In this document: positions 9,281 to 18,950 of the stretch, piece after piece
Position numbering within the stretch: the stretch's first letter is position 1
Layout: each line of letters begins with the position of its first letter
NCBI GenBank assembly: GCA_963756115.1
Contig: CAVWMN010000010.1
Coordinates: forward strand, 688,109-752,108
Source of the DNA: an uncultured Flavobacteriaceae bacterium
GTDB taxonomy: Bacteria; Bacteroidota; Bacteroidia; Flavobacteriales; Flavobacteriaceae
Direction of reading: 5' to 3'
Length of the DNA: 64,000 bases
Program-made: the position numbers and the translations under genes
The notes under the pieces: generated by a model
Databases searched by the model: none
What the model saw: only the letters and a program-made list of their open reading frames with translations
Told to the model about the DNA's origin: nothing

Positions 9281-11536
9281 ATGGGGCGGATTGAATCCAT
9301 TTTAAAAGAATATTTCCCATTGGAACAGGTGACCCTTACCAATTTGGAGGGGTATAACAGCCGCAATTATAAAGTTGAAGGAAATAATGGAACCTTTGTT
9401 TTAAAAGAATATGTGTATTCCGCAGAGACCCTGGCCCTGTTAGATTCAGAAAACAGGGTTCTCGAAGCCCTGGGCAACCTCCAGGGATATCAATTCCCGC
9501 AATCAGTTCATACTGCTGACGGGCAGGCTTTGCTGGTGAAAAAGGGGTGTATATTCCGGTTACTTACCTATGTGGATGGGGAATTTTTAGGAGATATTAC
9601 AGGTACAACATCGCTCTACCAGTCCTTGGGAATATTCCTGGGGAAGATGGATAAATGCCTTTTAAGAAGCTATGAAGCCCCTTTGGCTGCCAGGGCGATA
9701 GTCTGGGATCTGAAAAATCTGGTGTTAAGCTATAAGTTCCTTTCGTACATCCCGGATCCAAGGGACAGGAGCCTGGTTGATTACTTTTTTCTGCAGTTCG
9801 AAGAAAATGTAATCCCGCTGCAGCATACTTTACGGAAAAGTATCATCCATAATGATTCCAATGACTGGAATGTCTTAACCGATAGCCGGAAAGTCACGGG
9901 CCTTATCGATTTCGGTGATATGTGCCATTCATGGCTCATCAATGAACTTGCCGTGGGGATTACGTATCTGATAATGGACAAATCTGACCTGTTGGATATA
10001 GCGGGGACGGTGATCGGGGCATACCATTCTGTTCTACCCCTGGAAAAACAAGAACTGGATCTGTTGTATTACCTTATCGCGGCACGCCTATGTATCAGCG
10101 TATGCAATTCAGCCTATACCAAAACCCTGAAACCGGATTCGGATTATATAACAGTAAGTGAAAAGGGAGCCTGGCAACTATTGAAAAAATGGATCACCAT
10201 CAACCCGGTTAAGGCCCGGGATGAATTTTACAAAGCCGCGGGGTTTGAACTCCCTGCCCGGCAGGAATTGCAGGTGCAATTGAACAGGAGGGCCAAGGTG
10301 CTCAGCAAGAGCCTGTCACTGAGCTATGACAACCCCATCCAGATGAACCGTTCCGCCTTTCAGTATATGTATGATACCGAAGGGAATACGTATCTGGATG
10401 CCTATAACAATATAATGCTGGCAGGCCACTGCCACCCGCGGGTCGTTAGGGCCGGACAGCGGACGATAGCCCGACTCAATACAAATACCCGCTATATGTA
10501 TGAGGAGCTGGTATCCTACAGCGAAAAACTCCTCGCCAGGTTTCCGAAACCCCTTTCAAAGGTTTTTCTTGTGAATTCGGGTAGTGCTGCCAGTGACCTG
10601 GCTATCAGACTGGCCACTACCCACACCGGCAGGAATAAGATCGTTGTCCTCGAACATGGGTATCATGGCAATACACGGGCCGCTATTGAAATCAGCCACT
10701 ACAAATTTCACAAGCCAGGAGCAATAGGGCAACGGGAAAATATCATAACGGTACCCCTGCCGAACGCTTTTAAATCCGGCTACGCCGATGACGGGACTGC
10801 CGGCAGCCATTTCTCATCGGGTGCAATCCGCGAAATGGAGGTGCACCAATCGGAATTAGCAGCTTTTATCGCTGAGCCAATTGTAGGATGCGGCGGGCAG
10901 GTTCCCTTGCCGGCAGGGTATCTGAAGGCAGTTTACCCATTTATTCGAAGCCAGGGGGGTGTATGTATCAGCGATGAGGTACAGGTTGGATTTGGCAGGC
11001 TTGGCGATTATTTCTGGGGTTATGAAATGCAGGGTGTTGTGCCGGATATCGTCATTATAGGCAAACCGATGGGGAACGGGCATCCGATCGGGGCTGTGGT
11101 TACCACAGAGGCCATTGCCGCAAGTTTTGAGTCGGGCCCGGAATTCTTCAGCTCCTTTGGGGGTAACCCGGTTTCCTGTGCTATTGGTGAAGCCGTCCTT
11201 GATGTCATCGCAGCGGAAAAACTGCAGGAACATGCCAAAAAGGTCGGTGACCATTTGATGTTTTTATTGCGGGAACTAAAAGAGTCGTATCCTGTTATGG
11301 CAGATATCAGGGGAAGCGGGCTGTTCCTTGGGGTAGAAATGGCGGACCTGGATGGAAATCCAGATACAATACTGGCATGGAGGGTAAAAAACGGCCTTCG
11401 GGAACACCATATCCTTATCAGCACGGACGGTCCGTATGATAATGTATTGAAAATCAAACCCCCGCTTGCATTTACCTTCGCTGATGCCGAAGATTTGGTC
11501 ACAGCCATGGGCGTAATTTTAAGGGAACCTGCCTGA
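9281..11536 (+). CDS. Fusion protein: aminoglycoside-phosphotransferase-fold kinase domain plus class-III PLP aminotransferase-fold domain (phospho-lyase-like)
   Basis: 751-aa ORF. The N-terminal ~330 aa carry the APH/choline-kinase catalytic loop IIHNDSNDWNV and the metal-binding IDFGD. The C-terminal ~420 aa carry the class-III aminotransferase motifs LAGHCHPRVV, DEVQVGFGRLG and IGKPMGNGHPIG. Confidence 0.8.
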   Translation: MGRIESILKEYFPLEQVTLTNLEGYNSRNYKVEGNNGTFVLKEYVYSAETLALLDSENRVLEALGNLQGYQFPQSVHTADGQALLVKKGCIFRLLTYVDGEFLGDITGTTSLYQSLGIFLGKMDKCLLRSYEAPLAARAIVWDLKNLVLSYKFLSYIPDPRDRSLVDYFFLQFEENVIPLQHTLRKSIIHNDSNDWNVLTDSRKVTGLIDFGDMCHSWLINELAVGITYLIMDKSDLLDIAGTVIGAYHSVLPLEKQELDLLYYLIAARLCISVCNSAYTKTLKPDSDYITVSEKGAWQLLKKWITINPVKARDEFYKAAGFELPARQELQVQLNRRAKVLSKSLSLSYDNPIQMNRSAFQYMYDTEGNTYLDAYNNIMLAGHCHPRVVRAGQRTIARLNTNTRYMYEELVSYSEKLLARFPKPLSKVFLVNSGSAASDLAIRLATTHTGRNKIVVLEHGYHGNTRAAIEISHYKFHKPGAIGQRENIITVPLPNAFKSGYADDGTAGSHFSSGAIREMEVHQSELAAFIAEPIVGCGGQVPLPAGYLKAVYPFIRSQGGVCISDEVQVGFGRLGDYFWGYEMQGVVPDIVIIGKPMGNGHPIGAVVTTEAIAASFESGPEFFSSFGGNPVSCAIGEAVLDVIAAEKLQEHAKKVGDHLMFLLRELKESYPVMADIRGSGLFLGVEMADLDGNPDTILAWRVKNGLREHHILISTDGPYDNVLKIKPPLAFTFADAEDLVTAMGVILREPA

Positions 11537-11583
11537 TATCCCAAAAAAGTTATATTTGTAATGTTAATCAAACCTAAACATTA

Positions 11584-11961
11584 ATGGCTTCCTCACTACG
11601 TAATGACCTGGGGCTTGCGCTTCTTCGAATATCTGCATCGGCCTTCCTGCTTTCACATGGTTTTCCCAAATTTCAGAAAATGCTGCAGGGCGACTTTGAA
11701 TTTGCCGATCCCCTCGGGATTGGTGCCGCGCCCTCATTGTTTCTTATTGTCCTTGCTGAATTCGTGTGCCCCATCCTGATTATCATTGGGATCAAAACCA
11801 GATGGGCAGCGGTTCCACCCGCCCTTGCAATGGGAGTTGTAGCTTTTCTCCACCACGCTACTGATCCCTTTGGCACAAAAGAAAAAGCCTTGCTTTTTAT
11901 GGTGATGTTCCTGTGCATTATCCTCCTGGGACCAGGCAGGTACAGCATTGACAAGCGATAG
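11584..11961 (+). CDS. DoxX family membrane protein
   Basis: 125-aa ORF with four predicted TM helices and the DoxX-like pattern LLRISASAFLLSHGFPKF. Confidence 0.7.
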   Translation: MASSLRNDLGLALLRISASAFLLSHGFPKFQKMLQGDFEFADPLGIGAAPSLFLIVLAEFVCPILIIIGIKTRWAAVPPALAMGVVAFLHHATDPFGTKEKALLFMVMFLCIILLGPGRYSIDKR

Positions 11962-11962
11962 G

Positions 11963-12967
11963 TCAGGTTATTTTAGCCAGCAGTTCCTTTAACAAATCCG
12001 CATGGGACATATTCTGTGCCCCTACCCCTTTTCCTTTCAGATCCAGTTCCCGTAACCGGGAAATGATCTGGCTGGCTTTTTTCATGGGATAGTTCCTGGC
12101 AGCGACCTGGAATTCGGAGACGAAGAACGGGTTGATTCGCAGGACCCCGGCAACGTTTTTGGGAGAATGGTCTGTAAGTCCATGGTATTGCAGTAATTGA
12201 GAAAAAAAGGTGTGCAGCAATGAAATAGTGACCACGAAAGGGTTATCCTTCGGGTTTTGGGAAAAGTAATGGATGATCCTTCCGGCCTTTGCCATATTCC
12301 GTTCCCCGATAGCCTTTTTTAATTCGAAATTATTGAAGTCTTTGCTGATACCTATGTGCTCTTCTATAACATCAGGGGTTATCTCTGAATTGACGGGTAC
12401 AACCAGCCGCAATTTTTGGAGTTCGTTATTGATTCGACTGAGGTCAGTACCGAGGTATTCCACCAGCAATATGGCAGCCTTCGGGGCTATCCTGTATCCC
12501 TGCCCCTGCAACAATTTCCGGATCCATTCAGACACCTGATTTTCATACAGGGATTTGCTTTCAAATACCAACCCCCCTGCACCGAGGATGGCTTTATGCA
12601 ATTTTTTGCGCTTGTCTATTTTCTTGTATTTATAACAAAAAACAAGTACCGTCGAACGCTGTGGGTTTTCCACATATGGGATGAACTGATCCATGGTACG
12701 TGCCAGGTGTTGAGCTTCTTTGACAAGTATAACCTGTTTTTCAGCCATCATGGGGTACCGTTTGGCATTTCCTATGATTTCATCCACCGAAGCTTCTTTG
12801 CCATACAGTACCATTTGGTTAAACCCCTTTTCTTCCTCGGTCAGGATGTTCATTTCTATGTATTCCGATATCCTGTCTATATAGTACGGTTCATCCCCCA
12901 TAAGAAAGTAGATGGGCCTGACCTTTCCTGCTTTGAGTTCCTCAACAATCCGTTTTACTTCTTCCAT
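11963..12967 (-). CDS. holA: DNA polymerase III subunit delta
   Basis: 334-aa ORF. The N-terminus (VRPIYFLMGDEPYYID) and overall length are typical of HolA. Confidence 0.85.
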   Translation of the reverse strand: MEEVKRIVEELKAGKVRPIYFLMGDEPYYIDRISEYIEMNILTEEEKGFNQMVLYGKEASVDEIIGNAKRYPMMAEKQVILVKEAQHLARTMDQFIPYVENPQRSTVLVFCYKYKKIDKRKKLHKAILGAGGLVFESKSLYENQVSEWIRKLLQGQGYRIAPKAAILLVEYLGTDLSRINNELQKLRLVVPVNSEITPDVIEEHIGISKDFNNFELKKAIGERNMAKAGRIIHYFSQNPKDNPFVVTISLLHTFFSQLLQYHGLTDHSPKNVAGVLRINPFFVSEFQVAARNYPMKKASQIISRLRELDLKGKGVGAQNMSHADLLKELLAKIT

Positions 12968-12993
12968 CCAAAAAAAATCATCAATTTTGCGGC

Positions 12994-13440
12994 ATGCAAC
13001 CCCTGAATTTCCCGGCCTGCGACTTTCGTTTCAAAAATAGCGAAAATAAGGTCCTTATTTTTGATGTTGTCCGTAAAAAATTTGTGGTATTGCAACCTGA
13101 GGAATGGGTACGCCAGCATGTTTTGCACCACCTGATCCGGGACAAGAACTACCCGTCAAGCCATATCAATGTGGAACGGCTCTTAACGCTGCACCATCGA
13201 AAAAAAAGGTATGACATTGTTGTCTATAAGCCGGATGGCGGGATCCACCTCCTGGTGGAATGTAAATCGCCCGGGGTACGGATAACCCAGGAAGCTTTCG
13301 ATCAGATCGCACGGTACAATATGGAACTGAGGGCTACCTATTTGCTGGTAACCAATGGAATTGACAACTTTTATTGTCAAATGGATTATCACCAAGAAAA
13401 GTATATCTTTTTACCGCATATTCCTGATTTTAGCCTTTAA
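12994..13440 (+). CDS. Type I restriction enzyme HsdR N-terminal-domain (PD-(D/E)xK nuclease fold) protein, stand-alone
   Basis: 148-aa ORF with D...ECK core motifs (YDIVVYKPDGGIHLLVECKSPG). It is divergent from holA across only 26 nt. Confidence 0.65.
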   Translation: MQPLNFPACDFRFKNSENKVLIFDVVRKKFVVLQPEEWVRQHVLHHLIRDKNYPSSHINVERLLTLHHRKKRYDIVVYKPDGGIHLLVECKSPGVRITQEAFDQIARYNMELRATYLLVTNGIDNFYCQMDYHQEKYIFLPHIPDFSL

Positions 13441-13451
13441 TTTGCAACCGC

Positions 13452-14453
13452 TTGAAACTAGCCATTGTCATACTTAACTGGAACGGAATGCACCTGCTGG
13501 AGCGTTACCTTCCGGCAGTGGTACGCTTCTCCGGGGATGCTGAGATCATAGTTGCGGACAATGCCTCCACGGACGGATCAACCGAATTTGTCCGCAGAAC
13601 GTATCCCAAAATCAGGATTATTCAGAATGCGGAAAACGGCGGATTTTCCAGGGGGTATAACCAGGCCCTGAAGGAAGTAACGGCCGATATTTACTGCCTG
13701 TTGAATTCAGATGTGGAAGTTTCCCCTAATTGGCTGGAGCCAATTTATAAGGCCTATCAGCAGCTTCCTGATGCAGCCATACTCCAGCCCAAGATCCTTG
13801 ACCTCCTTAAAAAGGATCACTTTGAATATGCCGGGGCGGCAGGGGGTTTCCTTGACCGGTTGGGATATCCATTTTGCAGGGGCAGGATCTTCCAGGCGCT
13901 GGAAAAGGACGAAGGCCAGTATGATGATACCACGGAAATTTTTTGGGCAACGGGGGCCTGCATGTTTCTGAAGCGTGAAGTTTTCAATACTCTGGGAGGT
14001 TTTGACGAGGATTACTTTGCCCACCAGGAAGAAGTTGATCTGTGCTGGCGTGCTCAAAATGCAGGATATAAGGTCTATTATGTAGGCGGTTCCAGGGTGT
14101 ATCATTTAGGGGGTTCAACACTCAGTAATATGAATCCAAAAAAAACCTACCTGAATTTCAGGAATTCCCTGTATTCCATCACAAAAAACCTGCCCGGAAA
14201 GAAAGCTTTGCCCGTCATAGCCGTAAGATTGCTGCTTGATGCGGTTGCAGCAGCCCGTTTTATAGCCCAATTCAAATTCAATCATTTTTTTGCCATCCTG
14301 CGCGCGCACCTGAGTTATTACCGCAATTTCAGGCAGATGTTCCGCAAAAGGGAGAAAGCCAATTTTGTATTAAAGTACTATGTAACAACGTCCATTGTAT
14401 GGTCGCATTTCGTACATCACATAAGTAAATTCAACGTATTAGTAAAAGATTAA
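13452..14453 (+). CDS. Glycosyltransferase family 2
   Basis: 333-aa ORF with a TTG start. GT-A motifs are present: IVILNWNG, ADNASTDGS, LNSDVEV and GGFDEDYFAHQEEVDLCWR. Confidence 0.85.
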   Translation: MKLAIVILNWNGMHLLERYLPAVVRFSGDAEIIVADNASTDGSTEFVRRTYPKIRIIQNAENGGFSRGYNQALKEVTADIYCLLNSDVEVSPNWLEPIYKAYQQLPDAAILQPKILDLLKKDHFEYAGAAGGFLDRLGYPFCRGRIFQALEKDEGQYDDTTEIFWATGACMFLKREVFNTLGGFDEDYFAHQEEVDLCWRAQNAGYKVYYVGGSRVYHLGGSTLSNMNPKKTYLNFRNSLYSITKNLPGKKALPVIAVRLLLDAVAAARFIAQFKFNHFFAILRAHLSYYRNFRQMFRKREKANFVLKYYVTTSIVWSHFVHHISKFNVLVKD

Positions 14454-14488
14454 CTAATTTTGCCGGACCAACCGGAAGCAAATTCTAT

Positions 14489-14496
14489 TATTTTTG
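14489..14496 (+). promoter_or_regulatory. Bacteroidetes-type -7 promoter box (TATTTTTG)
   Basis: Exact TAnnTTTG match followed by CAG, 56 nt upstream of the ATG at 14552. Confidence 0.35.
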
Positions 14497-14551
14497 CAGC
14501 CAGTTTGCTTGATACAAAACAAATAACAAACAATTAAACAGTACGATCATT

Positions 14552-15403
14552 ATGAGAAAAATCATTTTAGGCTTAATGGGAATAACACTTTTGTTATCAT
14601 CCTGTGTGTCGCAAAAGAAGTATGCGGACCTGGAGGCTAAGCAAAAAGAAACCCAGGACCTTTTGAATTCAGCAACCGTAAAATTGAACACCTGCCTCGA
14701 AGAGAAAGCAACAGCTTCTTCCCGGGTAAAAACATTGGAAGACCAGAACACCTTTCTGAAGGCCAATAACCAGGAATTGATCAACAACATGGGGAATCTG
14801 ACGACCTTAACGACCAAAGGTGCAGAAAACCTTGAGAAATCCCTTGAAAGCCTTAAAGAAAAGGATCTAACCATCCGGAAATTGCAAGATGCGATTACAC
14901 GGCGTGATTCGGTGAACCTGGCATTGGTTCAAAGCCTCAAAGGCGTGCTTGGCAACCTGGATGACGAAGACATCGAGATCAGCGTTGAAAAGGGTGTAGT
15001 ATTCGTTTCTATCTCTGATAAACTATTATTCAGCAGCGGTAGCTATAACATCACAGCACGGGCCAAAGAAGTTCTTGGCAAGGTTGCACAGGTGGTAAAC
15101 AACAAACCTGATTTCGAATTCATGGTTGAAGGACATACCGATGACGTTCCTTACAGAAGCGGTGTTTTACTGGATAACTGGGATTTGAGTGTAAAACGAG
15201 CCACTGCAGTTGTTCGTGTGCTGCAGAATGATTATGGTGTGAACCCTACCCGCATGACAGCGGCCGGAAGAGCGGAATATATCCCTGTTTCCCAAACTGA
15301 TAAAGCTAAAAACAGGAGGACCCGCATTGTTGTTCTGCCAAAAATTGATCAGTTTTACAGTATGATTGAAGAAGGGATGAAAGATCCCGCGATCAATAAG
15401 TAG
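14552..15403 (+). CDS. OmpA/MotB-domain lipoprotein with N-terminal coiled coil
   Basis: Has a lipobox (LLLSSC) and a heptad-like N-terminal ~110 aa. The C-terminal OmpA-like motifs are intact (VEGHTDDVPY, NWDLSVKRATAVVRVL). Confidence 0.85.
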   Translation: MRKIILGLMGITLLLSSCVSQKKYADLEAKQKETQDLLNSATVKLNTCLEEKATASSRVKTLEDQNTFLKANNQELINNMGNLTTLTTKGAENLEKSLESLKEKDLTIRKLQDAITRRDSVNLALVQSLKGVLGNLDDEDIEISVEKGVVFVSISDKLLFSSGSYNITARAKEVLGKVAQVVNNKPDFEFMVEGHTDDVPYRSGVLLDNWDLSVKRATAVVRVLQNDYGVNPTRMTAAGRAEYIPVSQTDKAKNRRTRIVVLPKIDQFYSMIEEGMKDPAINK

Positions 15404-15431
15404 GAATCAGGATAATATCCTAACTTTACAA

Positions 15432-15471
15432 CCACGGCCAACCACTTATAATTCATGGCCGTGGTTTTTTT
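15432..15471 (+). terminator. Rho-independent terminator
   Basis: Perfect 9-bp stem, CCACGGCCA (15432-15440) with TGGCCGTGG (15456-15464), followed by T7. It lies 29 nt after the stop of the OmpA-family gene. Confidence 0.75.
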
Positions 15472-15575
15472 ATGAAATACTGAAAAGCTAAAGCAAAAAT
15501 TTTCCATCTAACAAGAGGAACAGCCCAAAACCAAACCAACGGATACTATTTGTATAATGAAATCGTTGTCTAAAT

Positions 15576-18140
15576 ATGAGATTATTTTTAGTGCTTCTTG
15601 GTTTCCTTTTCCTATTGAACTCCTGTAATGCGTTGAATCTTACCGGAAAGGGTAAAAATTCGTCAAGAACCCCTGATTCGGAGTTTGCTAAAACCCAGGA
15701 GTATGATAAACTAATTCCCGAATACGCCATTTCACAGGATGGACTTTTCAAGATCCACAAAGTGAATGACCGGATATATTTTGAAATTGCAGACAGTCTG
15801 CTGAACAGGGAGATCCTGGTTGTCACCCGATTTATTAAAACCCCCGCCGGAGCAGGAAATTATGGCGGCGAGGAGATAGGCGATAAAACGATAATCTGGG
15901 AGAAAGGACCTGCTGACAAAATTTTCCTGAGGATCGCAACACTGGTAAGCATGGCCGCAGAAAGTGATGCGATTTCCGAGGCGGTTAACAACTCAAGTGT
16001 CACACCTATTCTGGAAGCTTTTGATATAAAAGCCAGGAATGATGAATCACCAGCCTCCGTCATAGATGTAACAGATTTCCTTAACGGCGAGAGTTCCTTG
16101 CTGGCACTTAGCAGTACCCAGAAAGATGCATATAAGCTTACCAGCCTGGAAAAAGACAAATCCTATATCAAGAGTGTGTTTACCTACCCGATCAATACGG
16201 AGGTGCGCACGGTAAAGACCTATAAGGCCAAGTCATCGGCAAGTGAAGCCAGGAATGGCCTGCGGGCTGCAGCCCTTTCGGGGATGGTAACGCTCGAACT
16301 GAACAATTCCTTTATCCTCCTCCCAAAGACCCCGATGAAAAAGCGGTTCTATGATCCGAGGGTTGGATATTTTGCGAGCTCCTACCTGGAATACGGGGAT
16401 GATCAGCAAAAGGTTAACACGAATGTATATATCCATCGTTGGCGCATGGAGCCCAAAGATGAGGACCTGGAAAAATGGAAGAACGGGGAACTTGTGGAAC
16501 CAAAAAAACCCATTGTGTTCTACCTGGATCCGGCTACCCCAAAAAAATGGCGTCCCTTCCTTATACAGGGCATCAATGACTGGCAACAGGCCTTTGAGCA
16601 GGCCGGCTTTAAGAACGCCATCATTGGCAAACCATGGCCTGAAAATGATGAATCCATGAGCCTGGAGGATGCCCGGTTCTCTGTTTTGCGTTATTTTGCC
16701 TCCCCTTCCAAGAATGCATATGGACCTAATATTACCGACCCCCGCAGCGGTGAAATCCTGGAGAGCCATATCGGGTGGTATCACAACCTTATGAACCTCC
16801 TGCATAACTGGTATATGATACAAGCCGGGGCAGTTGACGAAAGGGCCCGGATGATGAACTTTGATACAGAACTGATGGGACAGCTCATCCGCTTTGTCTG
16901 TGCACATGAAGTAGGTCATACCCTTGGGCTTCGGCATAATATGGCTGCCAGCTTTGCAACCCCTGTTGAAAAACTAAGGGATGCAGCCTGGCTCAGGAAG
17001 AATGGCCATACCAGTTCCATCATGGATTATGCACGCTTTAACTATGTGGCACAGCCGGAAGATAGTATTCCTGCGGAATACCTGATGCCACGGATCGGGG
17101 ATTATGATAAATGGGCTATTCAATGGGGTTACTCCCAATTACCGGGCGCCCTGCCGGCAGCTTCCGAAAAGGATATCCTGAACCAGATGGTCCTGGATAG
17201 TATTACGGGCAACCCACGTTTATGGTTTGGTGGGGAAGGACGCGATTTTGACCCCCGATCCCAACGGGAAGACCTGGGGGACAATGCGGTGATTGCCAGC
17301 AACTATGGGATCATGAACCTGCAGCGTATCGTCCCATACCTGACAAAATGGACGCGGGAAAAGGGAAGTGATGATTATACCAACCTGGATGAGGTCTACA
17401 ACGATCTCGTAAAACAATATGACAACTACCTGTTCCATGTTGTTAAGAATATAGCGGGGATCTATGTAACCCCAAAAACTATGGAAGAAGCCGGGGAGGT
17501 TTATTTGCCTGTACCTAAAAATGTGCAGAAAGAAGCCCTGGTGTTTTTGGACAATCATATTTTCCATGAACCGGAATGGCTATTGACCAATGATATCCTC
17601 AATAAAATCCAGTCTCCCCAGTCAAAGGAAGCGGTGACAAAGACAATGGAAAGCGTTATGATGAACCTGTTGGGAGCCAGCAGGCTGAGCAGGATGACAT
17701 TTATTTCTGAACGCTATAAGGACCAGGATACCTACAGGCCGGATGAATACCTGGATGACCTTAATTATCTTGTATGGGGTGAACTCAATGTTTTTTACCA
17801 GGCTAATGCCTATCGCAGAAAATTACAGAAGGTATATGTTGAAAACCTTATTTCGCTCTATAAACCCTCAGAGGCTAAAGGTGCTTTGGGCGGGATCCTG
17901 GCCATGTTATCCGAGGATTATACTTCGAATACGGATGTACGGTCGCTGGCACTGGACCACCTGATACGCTTACAGCGCAAAATAAAAAGTACCATCCCCG
18001 TCATCACCCATAGGATGACGAAAGCTCATTTACAGTATCTTGAAAAAGTCCTGGAAGAAGTAATTGGAGATAACAAGGAGCCAAGCAGGTATATACCGCC
18101 TTACAATCCGGATATGTCCATAAAATCAGATGGCAAATAA
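15576..18140 (+). CDS. Zinc-dependent metalloprotease lipoprotein (met-zincin, DUF5117/DUF4953-like architecture)
   Basis: 854-aa ORF with a lipobox (LLNSC) and the zinc motif HEVGHTLGLRHN followed by SSIMDY. Confidence 0.8.
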   Translation: MRLFLVLLGFLFLLNSCNALNLTGKGKNSSRTPDSEFAKTQEYDKLIPEYAISQDGLFKIHKVNDRIYFEIADSLLNREILVVTRFIKTPAGAGNYGGEEIGDKTIIWEKGPADKIFLRIATLVSMAAESDAISEAVNNSSVTPILEAFDIKARNDESPASVIDVTDFLNGESSLLALSSTQKDAYKLTSLEKDKSYIKSVFTYPINTEVRTVKTYKAKSSASEARNGLRAAALSGMVTLELNNSFILLPKTPMKKRFYDPRVGYFASSYLEYGDDQQKVNTNVYIHRWRMEPKDEDLEKWKNGELVEPKKPIVFYLDPATPKKWRPFLIQGINDWQQAFEQAGFKNAIIGKPWPENDESMSLEDARFSVLRYFASPSKNAYGPNITDPRSGEILESHIGWYHNLMNLLHNWYMIQAGAVDERARMMNFDTELMGQLIRFVCAHEVGHTLGLRHNMAASFATPVEKLRDAAWLRKNGHTSSIMDYARFNYVAQPEDSIPAEYLMPRIGDYDKWAIQWGYSQLPGALPAASEKDILNQMVLDSITGNPRLWFGGEGRDFDPRSQREDLGDNAVIASNYGIMNLQRIVPYLTKWTREKGSDDYTNLDEVYNDLVKQYDNYLFHVVKNIAGIYVTPKTMEEAGEVYLPVPKNVQKEALVFLDNHIFHEPEWLLTNDILNKIQSPQSKEAVTKTMESVMMNLLGASRLSRMTFISERYKDQDTYRPDEYLDDLNYLVWGELNVFYQANAYRRKLQKVYVENLISLYKPSEAKGALGGILAMLSEDYTSNTDVRSLALDHLIRLQRKIKSTIPVITHRMTKAHLQYLEKVLEEVIGDNKEPSRYIPPYNPDMSIKSDGK

Positions 18141-18161
18141 TATCCTGCCGATCATGCCAGG

Positions 18162-18782
18162 CTAAATAATATCAAGGCTGCCCTTCCCTTCCCGGAGGAC
18201 TACCGGTTCCGGGCCTGAAAGATCAATTACCGTAGAAGCGAGGTTGCCTCCATATCCTCCATCTATTACAATATCTACCAAATTCTCCCATTTTTCATAG
18301 ATCAGCCCGGGATCCGTGGTATATTCCAGTAATTCATCTTCATCATGGATAGAGGTTGATACAATAGGGTTTCCCAATTCCCGCACCAGGGCCTGTGCAA
18401 TGGCATTATCCGGGACCCGGATACCGACGGTTTTTTTCTTTTTAAAATCTTTTGGTAAATTGTTGTTTCCGGGTAATATAAATGTGTAGGGCCCGGGGAG
18501 GGCCCGTTTGAGTATCTTAAATGTTTGGGTGTCTATCTGCCGTACATAATCAGAAAGGTTACTAAGGTCAGCACAAATAAAGGACCAGTCGGCCTTATTC
18601 AGCTTAATCCCTTTAATGCGCGCTATCCGTTCCAGACCCCTGGACCGGGTAATATCACAGCCCAGGCCGTAAACCGTATCTGTGGGATAAATGACAAGTC
18701 CACCATCACGCAATACCTCCACTACCCTCTTGATTTCCCTGGGATTGGGATTCTCTTCGTATATTTTAATAAAATCAGCCAC
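18162..18782 (-). CDS. tsaC: L-threonylcarbamoyladenylate synthase (YrdC/TsaC family)
   Basis: 206-aa single YrdC domain with motifs VIYPTDTVYGLGCD and LPGPYTFIL. Confidence 0.85.
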   Translation of the reverse strand: MADFIKIYEENPNPREIKRVVEVLRDGGLVIYPTDTVYGLGCDITRSRGLERIARIKGIKLNKADWSFICADLSNLSDYVRQIDTQTFKILKRALPGPYTFILPGNNNLPKDFKKKKTVGIRVPDNAIAQALVRELGNPIVSTSIHDEDELLEYTTDPGLIYEKWENLVDIVIDGGYGGNLASTVIDLSGPEPVVLREGKGSLDII

Positions 18783-18950
18783 ATTCAGGAATTGGTGGTA
18801 CTAAGGTAGTTGAAGTTCTGATAGATAAAAAATCGGGCAGGATGGCATCCCGTCTCGTTCTATATTTTTTTATTTGAATACCAAACCTGCCGGTTCATCG
18901 GCCTCGGCCGGTTGAAGATCGGATCCTGCCCTAAAAACCGGATGCAGTAG

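Noticed and set aside
12994-13440. The HsdR_N-domain protein as part of a type I restriction-modification or defence system.
   Set aside because: No HsdM, HsdS or helicase/ATPase part of HsdR is nearby. The protein is only the ~150-aa nuclease-fold domain and sits among housekeeping genes (holA, a GT2 gene).
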